A stretch of 64,000 nt of DNA, from assembly GCA_965644295.1 (NCBI GenBank), contig CBFFRP010000298.1:124001-188000 (forward strand), read 5' to 3'. Position 1 is the stretch's first letter. Each line of letters opens with the position of its first letter. This DNA is from Paraphysomonas bandaiensis (taxonomy: Eukaryota; Protista; Chrysophyceae). Position numbers and translations under genes: made by a program. The notes below the pieces were generated by a model that made no database searches, had not been told where the DNA came from, and was given only the letters and a program-made list of their open reading frames with translations. Below, piece by piece: positions 50,519-63,108 of the stretch.

Positions 50519-53500
50519 TTAATGTTGATTGACTTGGGGAAAACGTAGCGCAAAGTCGGAATCTACCAGTACCATAGTTGTCGGATCGAAGTCGCGATGT
50601 ACAAAACATTTCACATGGTAGTTATCAAATCTGTATGTGGCTTTGGTCATGGGATTCTTGACAGAAATTAGCTTCTTGCTGGTTTTATGATACCAGTGAG
50701 TAAGCATAAATTGCATCACATATGTAACAGTGGGCGAATCTGGTAGTTGTAGAGCATCATACCAGTCATCTCCGAACACTCTGATGTCTACATACGCCTC
50801 GTCACCAGGTTGAACCGTAGTTATGGACTGCTTCCTCTTCTCACTGATATATTTGGCGGCCCCATCCGTGGTATAAATAAGATGATGTAGATAAGGTTTG
50901 CTGCTACAGAATTCCTCATAAGCGATGGAATCAAATAAATCCTGGCTGTAAGGTAGCTCTCTGATATCTCCATCTTTGAAACGAACTGTAAACAACATTG
51001 TTGAACGCCGTTCTCTGTCTCCAGTGTAATATAAAATAGTGTCAATCTCATGCTGATCATGATCTCGCATAGCCATTTTATAGGCTTGTTCCCTGTCTCC
51101 TGGATACAATTTTACATCCCGTACGTCTACTTTTGTTACAACACCGGTCACCAAATGCTTGCAGTCAATATCATTCTTATACTGCGATATAACCTGAAAC
51201 GGTCCTAGGTATCTATGAGACATTTTAGGGTAAACCTTGGCCCCTTTGTCAAATAAAACAAAATCGCCCGGCTGATACTGATTCTGTCGCTGAGGAGATA
51301 TGCCTTTACTGAAACGTTTGGCCTTCAACTTATCTTGATATTCTCTCGAACTGCGTTGCAACAGAGCTAGATTATCATTGAGTTTATGTAGTCTGGCGTG
51401 GGCTTTCTCTGGTACTTCGTCCATTCCCATATTGTTATACCTCTCACTCTCAGAACCAAATGTTAACTCAAAAGGCGAATACCCCGTTTCAGATGAGACT
51501 TCAGAATTCAATACATGTGCCACTGTAGGAATCCAGCTGGGGTCTTCAAATACATCTCGCTTCTCTTCTTTCTCACTGTAATCGAATACTAATGCTCTTA
51601 AATGCCGCACTACCTCTCCTATGATCCTCTCGCATCCGTTGGCATGCCTGTCCGCTATGCTGAATGTGTGTTTGACACCAATATATGAGCAAAGTTGGTC
51701 AAATAATTGGGATTTTAGATCAGGTCCTTGGTCCGATATGATTACGTCAGTATACCAAATTGACTCCAATACTTCCATACAGTATTAGCAAGATTTATGG
51801 CAGTGACTCCCTTCACTGGTTCGAGGTAGACATGTTTTGTAAACAGATTTACCACCACGTTAATATGAGTGTAGCCTTCTTTACCGTGGGGTGTAATTTC
51901 CACTGCATCGATACCGATGGCACTACGAGCTGAAGGTGGTTTTAAACTGCGAGGTATAGCTATCAAAGCTTCTTGCATTCCGAGTCGTGTCTTAGCACAG
52001 TTGGGACATTTATTGATCATCTCGGTGACTTCTTCAAAAGATATTCTGTGTCCCGGGCATTTCTTATTCAATTTTACCCACGTGGCATAAGCTCCTTTGT
52101 GACCTTGTCTGGCATTATGAACTGCTTGAAAACATTCCTCTTTGGATAAATACAACGGTTCCAACTCTTCTTCCTTATCATCCGGATCCATAAAATTGTT
52201 AAGATAGATGTCTAAGTTGCCAAACATAGTTTCATCAATGTATTCCTCAATGTCCACATCAGGAAATATACCAGCCAAATGTTGCAACTTATGTGCTCTG
52301 GAGAGCCAATCTGCTAACCAATTTTGAGAACCTGGAATGTGTCGAATCATAAAGTTAAACGATTGTAGGTATATACGCCATCTCACAATTTTCGGTACTT
52401 CAGATGCCTCCATCCACACTAAATTGTTATGATCAGTCTCAATAATAAACTCCTTGCCCACTAAATAATATGCGAGGTTTCTGACAGCATAATAGATACC
52501 GTAGCCTTCCTGCTCTATTGTAGCCCATCGTTGTGCTTGCGTTGAGAATTTTTTCGATATAAATGCTATTGGTTGTAACTGAACAGTACCATCATCTAAA
52601 ATTTTCTTCTGTAATAATACTGCTCCTACTCCTAGCTCGCTAGCATCAGTTCTTAGGATCCATTCTAACGAATAGTCGGGATAAAATAACTCACAGGCAT
52701 CTTGTAGACCCTTTATGAATCTTCGATACTCCTCTTCATAATCATGCTTCCATGTAGATTTATCCCAGTTGAAAGTTTTCTTGGTCATGTCCGGAAGATG
52801 ACCTACCAAGTCAGAATATCTAGGTGTGAACCCTGAGAAGAAAACTCCTTTTCCTAGTAAGCTTCTGGCCGTCTTAGTACTTGTAGGCATTGGAATATTA
52901 GCCAAAGCTTCCTTTTTGTCTGGGCTAACCTCATAAGATTTGTGTCTGCATACGTAGCCAAAGAAATTTACTTCCCGAAATCCAAGCCAACTCTTAGGCA
53001 TCTTGAGTTTTACATTACGTTCAATACATCTGTCAATTATCATTTCAAACTTCTTGTATGCATCAGCGGGGTCTTTGGCTAAGATCAACATGTTGTCAAA
53101 TATGACTATGGCCCAATCACTGAAATCAGAAAACAAATCTCTTACAACCTCTTGAAGAATTCCAGTGGCTGGCGCAATACCTTCAGGCATAAACTTTGGG
53201 GCAAATTGACCCCATGGTGTTTGAATAGATAACCTCTCCGATGTTTCTTCATGCAATGCTACTTGATGGAACGCATTTGTTAAATCAATATCCATGTATA
53301 ACGGGAAATTTGTAATCTTTTGAATTTCATGTCTCACATTTGGGATTGTGTGGTTACCCACTTCCATATGCTTGTTTATCTGGACGTAGTCCCCACAGAA
53401 TCTTATGTATGGAGGCGTGGCTTTTGGCGCTACCACCAAACATGATGCCCAGGGCGATCTACTTTTACCATAGAAATAACCACATAGCCTATGAAATTCT

Positions 53501-54519
53501 TTCTCCGACGCTTCCCAGAGTTTCGGATTGATAGGTCTCGCCTTCGGCTTCATACGTTCCGGTAAACTCTCTTTCCATTTTAAACGTAACGGCTCTATTC
53601 CTTTTATACCGCTCCATTCCTCTGGAACAAAAACTTTCTCTGCTTTTCCTTTTAATAAGGCTACTATGTCCGTGTTGCACCTAAGTTCCTCACTAACATG
53701 TTTGTCTATCAAGTCATGGTAATCCTGAACTGCTTCTTGTCTAGGCTTCCCTAAGAAAGTCAATGCATCCCCAAAGTTTACGGGCAGTTCCACTTCAGCT
53801 TCCTCTGGCGCTTCCTCATCATTGGATTTTAGCCACGGCTTGATTAAATTGTCTCTTGTAAACGTATTTGATCTCCTCTGTTTCAGATCTTCTGTGTCTT
53901 TCATCTCTTCTATTTGGTTTAATTGCGAGTCTAGGACATCCTGCTCCTTTAGCTCCTGGTTAGCCTGTCTAAGCAGCTCGTCCATAAAAGGATATAATTT
54001 ACCAGTGAGTGCCGGCAAACCCAATATTATGTCCTGACTCTTCATGTCTAAGACGAAAAACTCTCCAGTGTATGTGTGAGTCCTCGCTCTCTTGTCTTCA
54101 ACTTTCAAATTTAACTTCACTGCCTCCTTCAAAGGTTTCACTGTTCGACTGTCCGCCAATATGACTCTGCACTTGGTCTTCATAATATCTTTGTCATCTA
54201 ATCTACTTCGTATCCTTTTGATTAAATCAGCACTAACATAATTTGCTGACAAGGCTCCCGTATCACATAATATATATACTAATTCTTCAATGTCCATTTT
54301 TCTGTTTAGCACTACTCTTCCTACCGTGTGACTACTGGATAGAATTTTCTTATCTGGATAACTGGCGTATAAAACTGAAGACCTATTGTCTTCTTGCTTC
54401 AGTCTACGTAAATCAAAATCCTGCGAAAGCGTTCTCCTCTTGTCATCTTCACTCTCGCAAGATTCTTCATGCTCGACTTTATGCCTACTATGTACATATT
54501 CAGTGTCTCTACTTCCTAG
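50519..54519 (-). CDS. pol: Gypsy family A pol (PR-RT-RH-IN-chromodomain-like) with a 1-nt frameshift at ~51753
   Basis: DTGA; IFDN; TDAS; HHCC; integrase GIDAV, SDQG, NGCER; GPF motif; HEIDTILYYTGD...FTVRFKDG. ORFs 51742-54312 and 50519-51778 join as SQFG-xTDVIISDQG. Confidence 0.9.
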
Positions 54520-54809
54520 TCAAGCTCGAGTACCCGAGGGTTCTCTTCGCATGATGGAAGTTTGGGACGCAGCACCCGAGTCCGAGGTGCCTTGAACAAA
54601 TTTATCAATCTTTAATTTCATTTCCTTGGCTGCTTTAACCAATTCTGGACCATGGTGCAAATATTTGCAGTTTTCCCTTCTACATGTCCCAGTCAGTATC
54701 TTCTGAAGACACCCATACCTTTTATCAGACTTGACTGGTGGTCCCACCACGTGTAAATGTTCTGGAATTTGGTCGAACTCCTCATCTGACTCATTCAAAT
54801 CAATACTAA
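54520..54809 (-). pseudogene. gag: 3' end of family A gag, 5'-truncated
   Basis: Matches 39080-39369; homology stops at 54809. Confidence 0.9.
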
Positions 54810-56819
54810 TGTAAAGCCGTGGGCTTTTATAACACCCTTGTCTCATGTTTAATGATATAATATTATGATAATGACACTGACTAATATAACTCCAATACAA
54901 CTATGATATTCATTTAAGGCATGTAGCTGGTTTAATATAGGAAACGGATGTAGTAAATGTTTATTATTATATTATGAGAGAACTGTGAGGAAGAAGAGTA
55001 CTAGGACTTGCCCTCGAGCACACAATTTCGGTTTTGAGCAATGGATTTCTACTCACTGGTATACACCTATATTCATATGGTAGTCGGTGTCGGTGTTATA
55101 GCGATTTAAGTAGCTCGTTGGACTCAGCTATTATACGACTATTTGCTGTTATCACACTCCATCAATTTTCTCCGGAAGGTGCACAAATTGGAAAGGGGCC
55201 TTAGGCATATGGCGAGAGGACGGTATGGGTGATATATGATACAGATATGAAGGTGTAACTTTCGTTGGGAATGTTAATCGAAATCGATATGTGTTAATGC
55301 ATTTAACGTTTGGAATGAGATTGAGTTTATCATGAAATGAGCTGGCGAATTTTTAGTGACTCGAAAACTAGTGTTTTCTGTTTTTTTGGGACTCTATAAT
55401 TGGTGATTTCTTGCAAGACTCGGGAATTGGTTGTTTTGGGGTCTTTGTAGCTCAGAAATCGGAGATTTTACTGTAAGATTCCAAAACCGGTGGTTTTGGG
55501 GTTTTCGGTCCCGAAATCGGGGATTTTGGTTTTTTCGGGACCAGTAAACTGGCGGTTTTCTGTGAGGACGTTTTCTAGGCTTATTTCAGTTCGCATTTTG
55601 GGTACAATGGACATGGGACATGAACTGTATTCAGTGTACTGCATGTATGGTCATATTTATTGAACGGTGCTGGTTGTTTGCTTGGCATGTGTACTATGGG
55701 GGTCTTAGACTAGGAATCTGTCTTCTCACTTTTTTATCTAACTAATCATAGCTAAGTTAATTGATCTACCTTTTGGGAGCTTAAGGTTGCGAGATACTTG
55801 GGAGCTTGTATATCTGGCTGTGATAAGTTAAATAAGCATTCTGTTTTGTTGTTTCGATAAACAACCATTTCCATATATTTTCAGTGATCTTAGGTTGCAA
55901 GACCTGAGTTGTTTACAGTAAATTTACTCACGATAAAATCACATAAGTGAAGAATAGTTTTAAGGAAATAGATTTTTTAAATTATGTCTGATTCGAGCAG
56001 TCCCATTGTCTTTTCCGAAATGGATGAAATCAAAGGAATGTTGAGAGTAATCGCTAATGAGTTAGGAGAGGTTGCGAAGTTGTGTGCAACGACCGCTGGT
56101 AGGGTGGACCACCTTGAGACAAGGGTTGCCATAGAGCGTTGTTTCATTACTTTTTGTGAATCCCCCCTGTACTTGCCCCCTAATAAGGGGCGTCCGTCGT
56201 GGTTTGCAAAAAACCTCCAGGTTTTTTCCGCCGCGTCCGGACCGCTAAAAAAAGTTGAGAAAAACTTATTTTGCGTCCAAGCCTTTAAAAAACTTCCCAA
56301 GTTTGCGTCCAAGGTTTACGACCTTTGAAAAACTTTGAGGAAAAATTATTTAGCCCGCACCGCAGGTGCGGGATCCCGCACCCTTGTTTTTACACAAAGG
56401 CCGCACAGCAAGTGCGCCCATCGAGTGATCCAATCAGCAGAGTGCATCATATCACATGCATCGAGTATATGTATATAGTAATATGACGAGGCAGCCATAT
56501 GCAGCAGATACACGTTAATGAGTGCTTGAATGATAGGTGATAACATGTTGCTACCATCTTATTTCATGAAACTGTGAGATGAGATATGCAGTTAGTGGAC
56601 GAGGTTTATAAGGCTGTATGGAGAGGAACTGTGAAGGGCTGTATATTATGGTATGAAGTGATATGATATGGATATCAATGATTGAATTCCAGGTAATTGC
56701 ATCATGCTCCCATCATCCTATTTAAAGTGTCAGGTATGCAGAGAGATGAGAAGTGGTACATTTGAAGGAATAGAAGGCTGTATATCATGCATGCACTATG
56801 TTGTGTGATGGTATATGAG

Positions 56820-57235
56820 ATGCTGAATGTTGTCATGGTTTATTATGCTGTTGTAGGCGCAATGACGTTTATACTTACCGGTGCAAGAGGGATGCCTAAG
56901 CGACACAAGCGCCCGGCTGCCCCTGTACCATCTTGCAGTGAATATGTGTCATGTTGTGTAAGGGTATGCAGTATGGCTGTATGTGATAAGAATTCTGAAC
57001 GGTGTGGAATAATAAAATGCTGAAGGCTGTGATGGTTTATTATGCTGTTGTAGGCGCAATGACGTTTATACTTACCGGTGCAAGAGGGATGCCTAAGCGA
57101 CACAAGCGCCCGGCTGCCCCTGTTCCATCTTGCAGTGAATATGTGTCATGTTGTGTAAGGGTATGCAGTATGGCTGTATGTGATAAGAATTCTGAACGGT
57201 GTGGAATAATAAAATGCTGAACGCTGTGATGGTTG
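56820..57235. repeat. 197-bp tandem duplication
   Basis: tattatgctgttgtaggc at 56841 and 57038. Confidence 0.9.
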
Positions 57236-57755
57236 ATTATACTGTTGTATGCTCTGTAAATAATGATACGATGTATTCCAATTACTAATGAATCATTAAT
57301 TATAAGGGTACAGTATAAAAAGTTGATGGAGTGGTTATAAATGAATACATATAGGCATTCTACAGATTACTAACATCAGACTGTGTCGAATAATAAAATG
57401 CTGAACGCTGTAATGGTTGATTATACTGTTGTATGCTCTGTAAATAATGATACGATGTATTCCAATTACTAATGAATCATTAATTATAAGGGTACATTAT
57501 AAAAAGTTGATGGAGTGGTTATAAATGAATACATATATTGGCATTCTACAGATTACTAACATCAGACTGTGTCGAATAATAAAATGCTGAACGCTGTAAT
57601 GGTTGATTATACTGTTGTATGCTCTGTAAATAATGATACGATGTATTCCAATTACTAATGAATCATTAATTATAAGGGTACATTATAAAAAGTTGATGGA
57701 GTGGTTATAAATGAATACATATATTGGCATTCTACAGATTACTAACATCAGACTG
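57204..57755. repeat. Three tandem ~185-bp units
   Basis: gaataataaaatgctgaacgctg at 57204, 57388 and 57574. Confidence 0.9.
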
Positions 57756-59199
57756 AAGTTTCCTTTTCTTTGTCCTTGGAATAATGTTACCATCACTGTC
57801 CCTTCGTGCACTCATTGCATCATATATACTGTTTATGTATTTCTTAGAGGCTTTTTTTTGGGGGTGAAACTTGTCGTAATTTTCCTGACCAAATAAATCA
57901 ACAATAACACGCAATTCAACCTTTTCAGCTATGCATTTTAAATTACTCTTCCATTCTCTGTACGAATCTTGTTTCCGAACTCGAATCCGGAATTAAGTAT
58001 TCCTCGAAGTTTTTATACAGTAAGTATCTGATTTTATACAGATCCATGTCATCATAGGCGTATGGTGAAGACATATATACAATGCGGGAGTACGTGAAAT
58101 TCTGTCACACTCATGTATACTTTTCAGTTTGTGTCGGTTGTAGATGTGTGTTTTCGGAATACGGTGTTGTATTATGTGAAGTGTGTATGTATCATATAAC
58201 GCATCTCTTTATATGTTACTTTAAACTATCAACAGTGCCATGAGAGGAGGTGATATCCACACCAGAAACAGAAGAATATCTTCTTCACCGTCGTGTTTCT
58301 TTCAACCTCTGCTCTGAAGCGATCCAGGTTCTTGTATGTATGTGAGGGTGACTGTTAATAGAGCTACATACCCTCTCACATACATACACATATACACCCT
58401 TTGAGACAGGCACACACGTACATACCCGCCGTAAAATAACAAATATTAGCTATTTTATGGTGATAGCGTGCCACTTCACCTATTCTTATTTCACGTATAT
58501 TAAGGAAGGAGGATTTGGTTATTGTTTACTTAACTGAGTGAACTACGTGCCCTCTTCTGATTGCCATTCACACGCGCTGGTACACCACAGTGGCCAAGGT
58601 CTTCTGATTTAGTCACAGTACCTCTGTATTGTTTTATTTCCCTAATTTTCTGGAAACTACGAATATCTTGAAACTTGAAAATAGACCCTAATATATATCT
58701 AACAGTGGTTTTCGTAGCTGGCTTATATACAATCAACTTTCTTAGTCAAAAATTTACATATATTTCAAGTGCAAATAATATATATACTGTAGTAGACATA
58801 CATACTGCGTATATTATTACTACTTAGTATAATATTGAATAGTACTCACTTACCTCTACTACTAGAACATAGCCTACTATAGAAACTGCCATAACTGAAA
58901 TTACCAACATCCTTACATTCCATTCCTAACTCCCGATACAATTCTTTCAAAGCACTTTCATATACTCTACCAAACTATTAGGATTCAGCTTACAAATACA
59001 TGATGCTGGACTAGAAGGATGGCCTCACAATATATGGCACCTCTGCAGTTTTTATTGACTAGTGACAGCTACTCTGGTTTTTACTCACAGTGTGTATAGT
59101 TCATATTCTCTCTATTATCTACAGTTCACTGATTATTTCATTGAGGGGGCGTATTAGGATTCAGCTTAATACAAGATTGGAATCGCATTTCAGTACACT

Positions 59200-59700
59200 C
59201 CCATGCTCGTTTAAGAAAGAATTCTATTGTCTTTCTTGCACGTAGATGAGAATCATCCCTATCAGCTTTTGTCAAAGCTTGAAGTCCACATAAAAGCCGA
59301 TATGGTTGGATCCCTTCTTGTCGATTACCAAAATGTCAGAGGTCCCACAAAGTCTTCACACTAATGCACTATAGCCTTTAACATGTAATGCACTGGAGAG
59401 GTCCTCCTGTCATTGGGTATATCATTTGGTCCATCTAATTTCTTCCGGTCGTTAGCTGTATTGCACTGAACCCCAAAGAACTCCATCACTCGGTCTTTGT
59501 TGGCAGAAATTATCAGCTTATCTTCATCATCCAACCTTTCAGGATAATGAGAACAAAAGCACTACGTCATATGCCTCACTTTGCCAGTATACATTGCCTT
59601 TGTTTTGGCATGAATTAAGAGAATGAGAGACGTTCTTGAAGTCGATGAGGAGGAAGCTCGAGATGTAGCAGGAGAAGTATCATCTGAGAGGACCCATGGT
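59200..59700 (-). pseudogene. Possible internally deleted Crypton-like (tyrosine recombinase transposon) remnant
   Basis: Broken frames KTKAMYTGKVRHM...HYPERLD...VMEFFG and SVKTLWDL*HFGNRQEGIQPYRLL resemble the termini of stramenopile Crypton-associated proteins as I recall them. No catalytic core is visible. Confidence 0.3.
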
Positions 59701-61619
59701 ATTAAATACAGACAAGATATTCAATGTAGGTTCGATATTAAAGTGAATATGGTTTCTACGCAGATCACATATATCATACAGATACAACCTTGTATCTTTT
59801 GCATACGATTTCTACGTAGAAATCTCCGGAATTCTACTGTATTCTACATAGAAATCTCCGGTATTCAGTGTGCCATGATAATTTCACGTACGGTAAAAAT
59901 CTGATATTTCAGTTTTATTTTGTTGATATTCCAGGCGTAAACATAGTCACACGCTACCCAAAAAATACTGCCACAGTATTTCACCTACGGTGCATATATA
60001 TATATGTACAGAGATACTTAAGTGTTGTCATCCCCGTATAGGAGGTTGGCTGTCATTGGAGTGAAAGCTTGGTTTGAGAGTATACTGCTGTATATTGCAC
60101 TATACTGTGGATGTATAGTATACAGGATATATACAGTGTAGACAGCCAGCTACAGTAGGGTAACGGTATACCATTATACGGTGTATGATGACAATACGGT
60201 GTAGGATATGTACAGTCCAATATGTACAGTGGATTGGTATAGAGTAAGGGCATATATATGTCCAAAGTGTAAGCTGTAGGTGTAGTCTGTGATAGAAGAC
60301 AGATTAGAATGCTAGTCATTATTATCACAGATAACCTCTGATAAAACAAGTTAATAACACTATCATTACTATCAACTTGTGGCTTGTTATTGCCTTACAA
60401 CATTAACTTGTTCTCGAGAGTATGTTATCTGAAGCATGTCACGAGCAGTGACTACAACACGCACATCATGACCATAATACATATGCACAACTTAACACAC
60501 ACACATACATATAGAGGGATGGATCTTCAGAGTCAGTATCTTCTGGTGCTTAGATAGTGACATTGTTGATGACAGTGAGGAGTGCTCAGGAGGTGTGGTT
60601 TATCGGATGAGGTGTTCATTGTTGTGTGGATCACACCTCCTGAGCACACAGACAGACACACATATATATATACACACACACATACATCCGATTGCTGCAG
60701 AGCTGATACCACTCTCAGACGACACTCTTAGTATGGCATCTTCCAGATAGAACACTTCCTACTCCCCTGCTGTGATCCCACCTCAACATTCAACCGCTCC
60801 TCCTGGTGTGATCGATCCTCCTGCGCCTTCGGTAGTACTTCTTGATGTTGCCGATCGGAGCCATCTGCACCTTCGGTCACTCTCCTTGGGGTTGCCAACA
60901 ATACACCTACTGCTGGTATGTATCACGATACACGATCTCATATATTCCACTTCTTTTATGTATATATATGTGTACAGTACAATATCAGAATGATTGATTG
61001 TGTAGATTGCATGCTGCAGAAGAAAGGACTGCCACTACGAAAGCTTTACTTCAAAGGCATTTCATGTAAGCATTTAACCTGCCGTAAGTAGCTAGAAACA
61101 TAACTGCGTTTTATTTATAGTAATATATTTAAAGTAATATAGTATCTATTTATTATGTGTTGTCACTTCTGCTTCCAGTGAGCCCATACTGGATGCATCA
61201 TGCACTTCAAATGAAACTAGAGGAATCACGGGTGATGTGTATGGCTATGCAGGAGGAGATGAAGAGAATAAACCGAATCCGCCTGCACTTGCACCATCTG
61301 CACCTCTTCCACCAGCTGAAATTCTACATGAACATCCAGTCGTCGTTTCTTCTACTCTCGTCGCTTATTGTTAACTTGTACTGCTCTTTTTATCTACTTC
61401 TGTAGAAATTTAACACTTATAGCAGTTTAAGTTAATAATAATTGTGTTGACAACACACACTTGTAATTGTTTAAACATAACAACGTTACTTTTAGTATCT
61501 ACTATCCACCAACAAAACCTGGTAAAATCACTTTACCAGGTTTGGGCATCACATCGACTTCTACTAGACATAGCGCTAACGCTTCTCTCGGGTAGGCACT
61601 TGGGATCTCTATCCCCGAT

Positions 61620-62723
61620 GAGTCATCTGCCGTAAACTGTTTGGGTGTCCCACCCCCAGCCGGCATCGATCGCTCCTCACCACCTGCCCCATCGTCACGG
61701 GTCGCAGGTTTTTCGTACCACCAGCGTTTATACATATTGGTTAAAGATACAACATCCCCAACATGATGCAATGGAGTTCTCCTCCAACTGCTCTCGACCA
61801 GCAGTTACTAAGGCTCTATAAGCCACAATCGGACCCTTCCGAACTACGACTCTCGCAGCTCTAAACAGGAAGCCTTCATCACCATGACGGTATGGTCCGA
61901 TTAAATGGTTGAACTCTTCAACCTGTCGAGCATCATCGATAGCAATCCATTACATGAGGAAACACTCTCATCAAATGTAGGGTTAATTGATGCGACTCTT
62001 GATATCACATTGCACCCTCATCGATAGCACTCCATCTATCTCATGAGGAGATGCTCTCATCATATATAACACAATGGACACGACTCCTCATCACTCGCAC
62101 TCCCATCGATAGCACTGCACCCCCATCCACACAATCAGACACATTACTGAATCACCGTGCTCACACTCCATGCGCATGAGATATTCTGATAATTATGCGG
62201 GGTCTCTTCAGAGGGTTCATACATTCATCAACCACTACAACATAGCTACAGTACATAACAATAGCAGTCATCATTTCCAGTCTACTTTTTCTGTCATGTT
62301 CGTATGAAAACCCCGATTTTCATAAATAATACTGGTTTTATATCCTATATACTGTATGTTTCTACTATAAAAAGCAGTATCACTCCTACTTCTCTGTCCA
62401 GTACATTCCAATGGTCACACTTCAGCAGTTGCTTCCAACTACCATCCGCTACCATGTCAAGTTATGACACAATTGGAAGATTTACTAAGTTAACTGGACG
62501 AGTATTCACTCATTAATCAAGTTAAGATAAGAGAAGATTATAATAAATATAATAAGCAATATATCACGTTATCTCTACTACCACTCATTTCTAGTACGAT
62601 CTTACATCGTCATGATATCACTTCTCATAACACAGTTAACCACTACTGTATTCTCCAGTAACCGTCATAATTCCAATATCTTAGAATTACAGCTTTTAAT
62701 TGCTCAAACAGCAAAACTCAACA
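61620..62723 (-). mobile_element. Degenerate Copia remnant: LTR (starting at 62723) plus internal pol fragment
   Basis: The LTR is the inverted homologue of the one starting at 12404. Frame at ~61760-61925 reads EEFNHLIGPYRHGDEGFLFRAARVVVRKGPIVAYRALVTAG, similar to a Copia inter-domain region. Confidence 0.55.
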
Positions 62724-63108
62724 GGGCCTGTTTAAAAAATCCATCAATACTATTGATGGAACGCTATCTAACAATTGTATTGCAAGATATTGTTCCCTAT
62801 CCCTGATAGCTATCATATCATTGGTTCTCATTTCTCATAATAGGGTTAGCTACTACTGCATTCTTAGAGCAACGGTTATAATTCTAATATCTTAGAAACT
62901 ACAGCTTTTAATTGCACACAAACAGCAATACTGAACACTACTACCTCCATACTCAATACAGGTTCGAAGAACCCCCTTCCTCCCACGTTTTTTTCAGTGA
63001 AGTTGCATAACTTCAATACATGATGACTAGTAATTCCATTAAAGAACAACGCAACTTTCAGCGCAACACTAAATCTATTGCAATTTTGAATAATGAAAAT
63101 GGCTAGCA

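Noticed and set aside
51742-51778. Programmed frameshift within integrase
   Set aside because: No slippery site is apparent and it splits the catalytic core; more likely a 1-nt deletion or sequencing error.
58333-58388. 14-bp hairpin
   Set aside because: The stem is mostly TATG/CATA simple repeat, which is abundant in this genome.
60730-61405. Pro/Cys-rich spliced gene
   Set aside because: Exon-like pieces contain stops, and no consistent model or family could be assigned.
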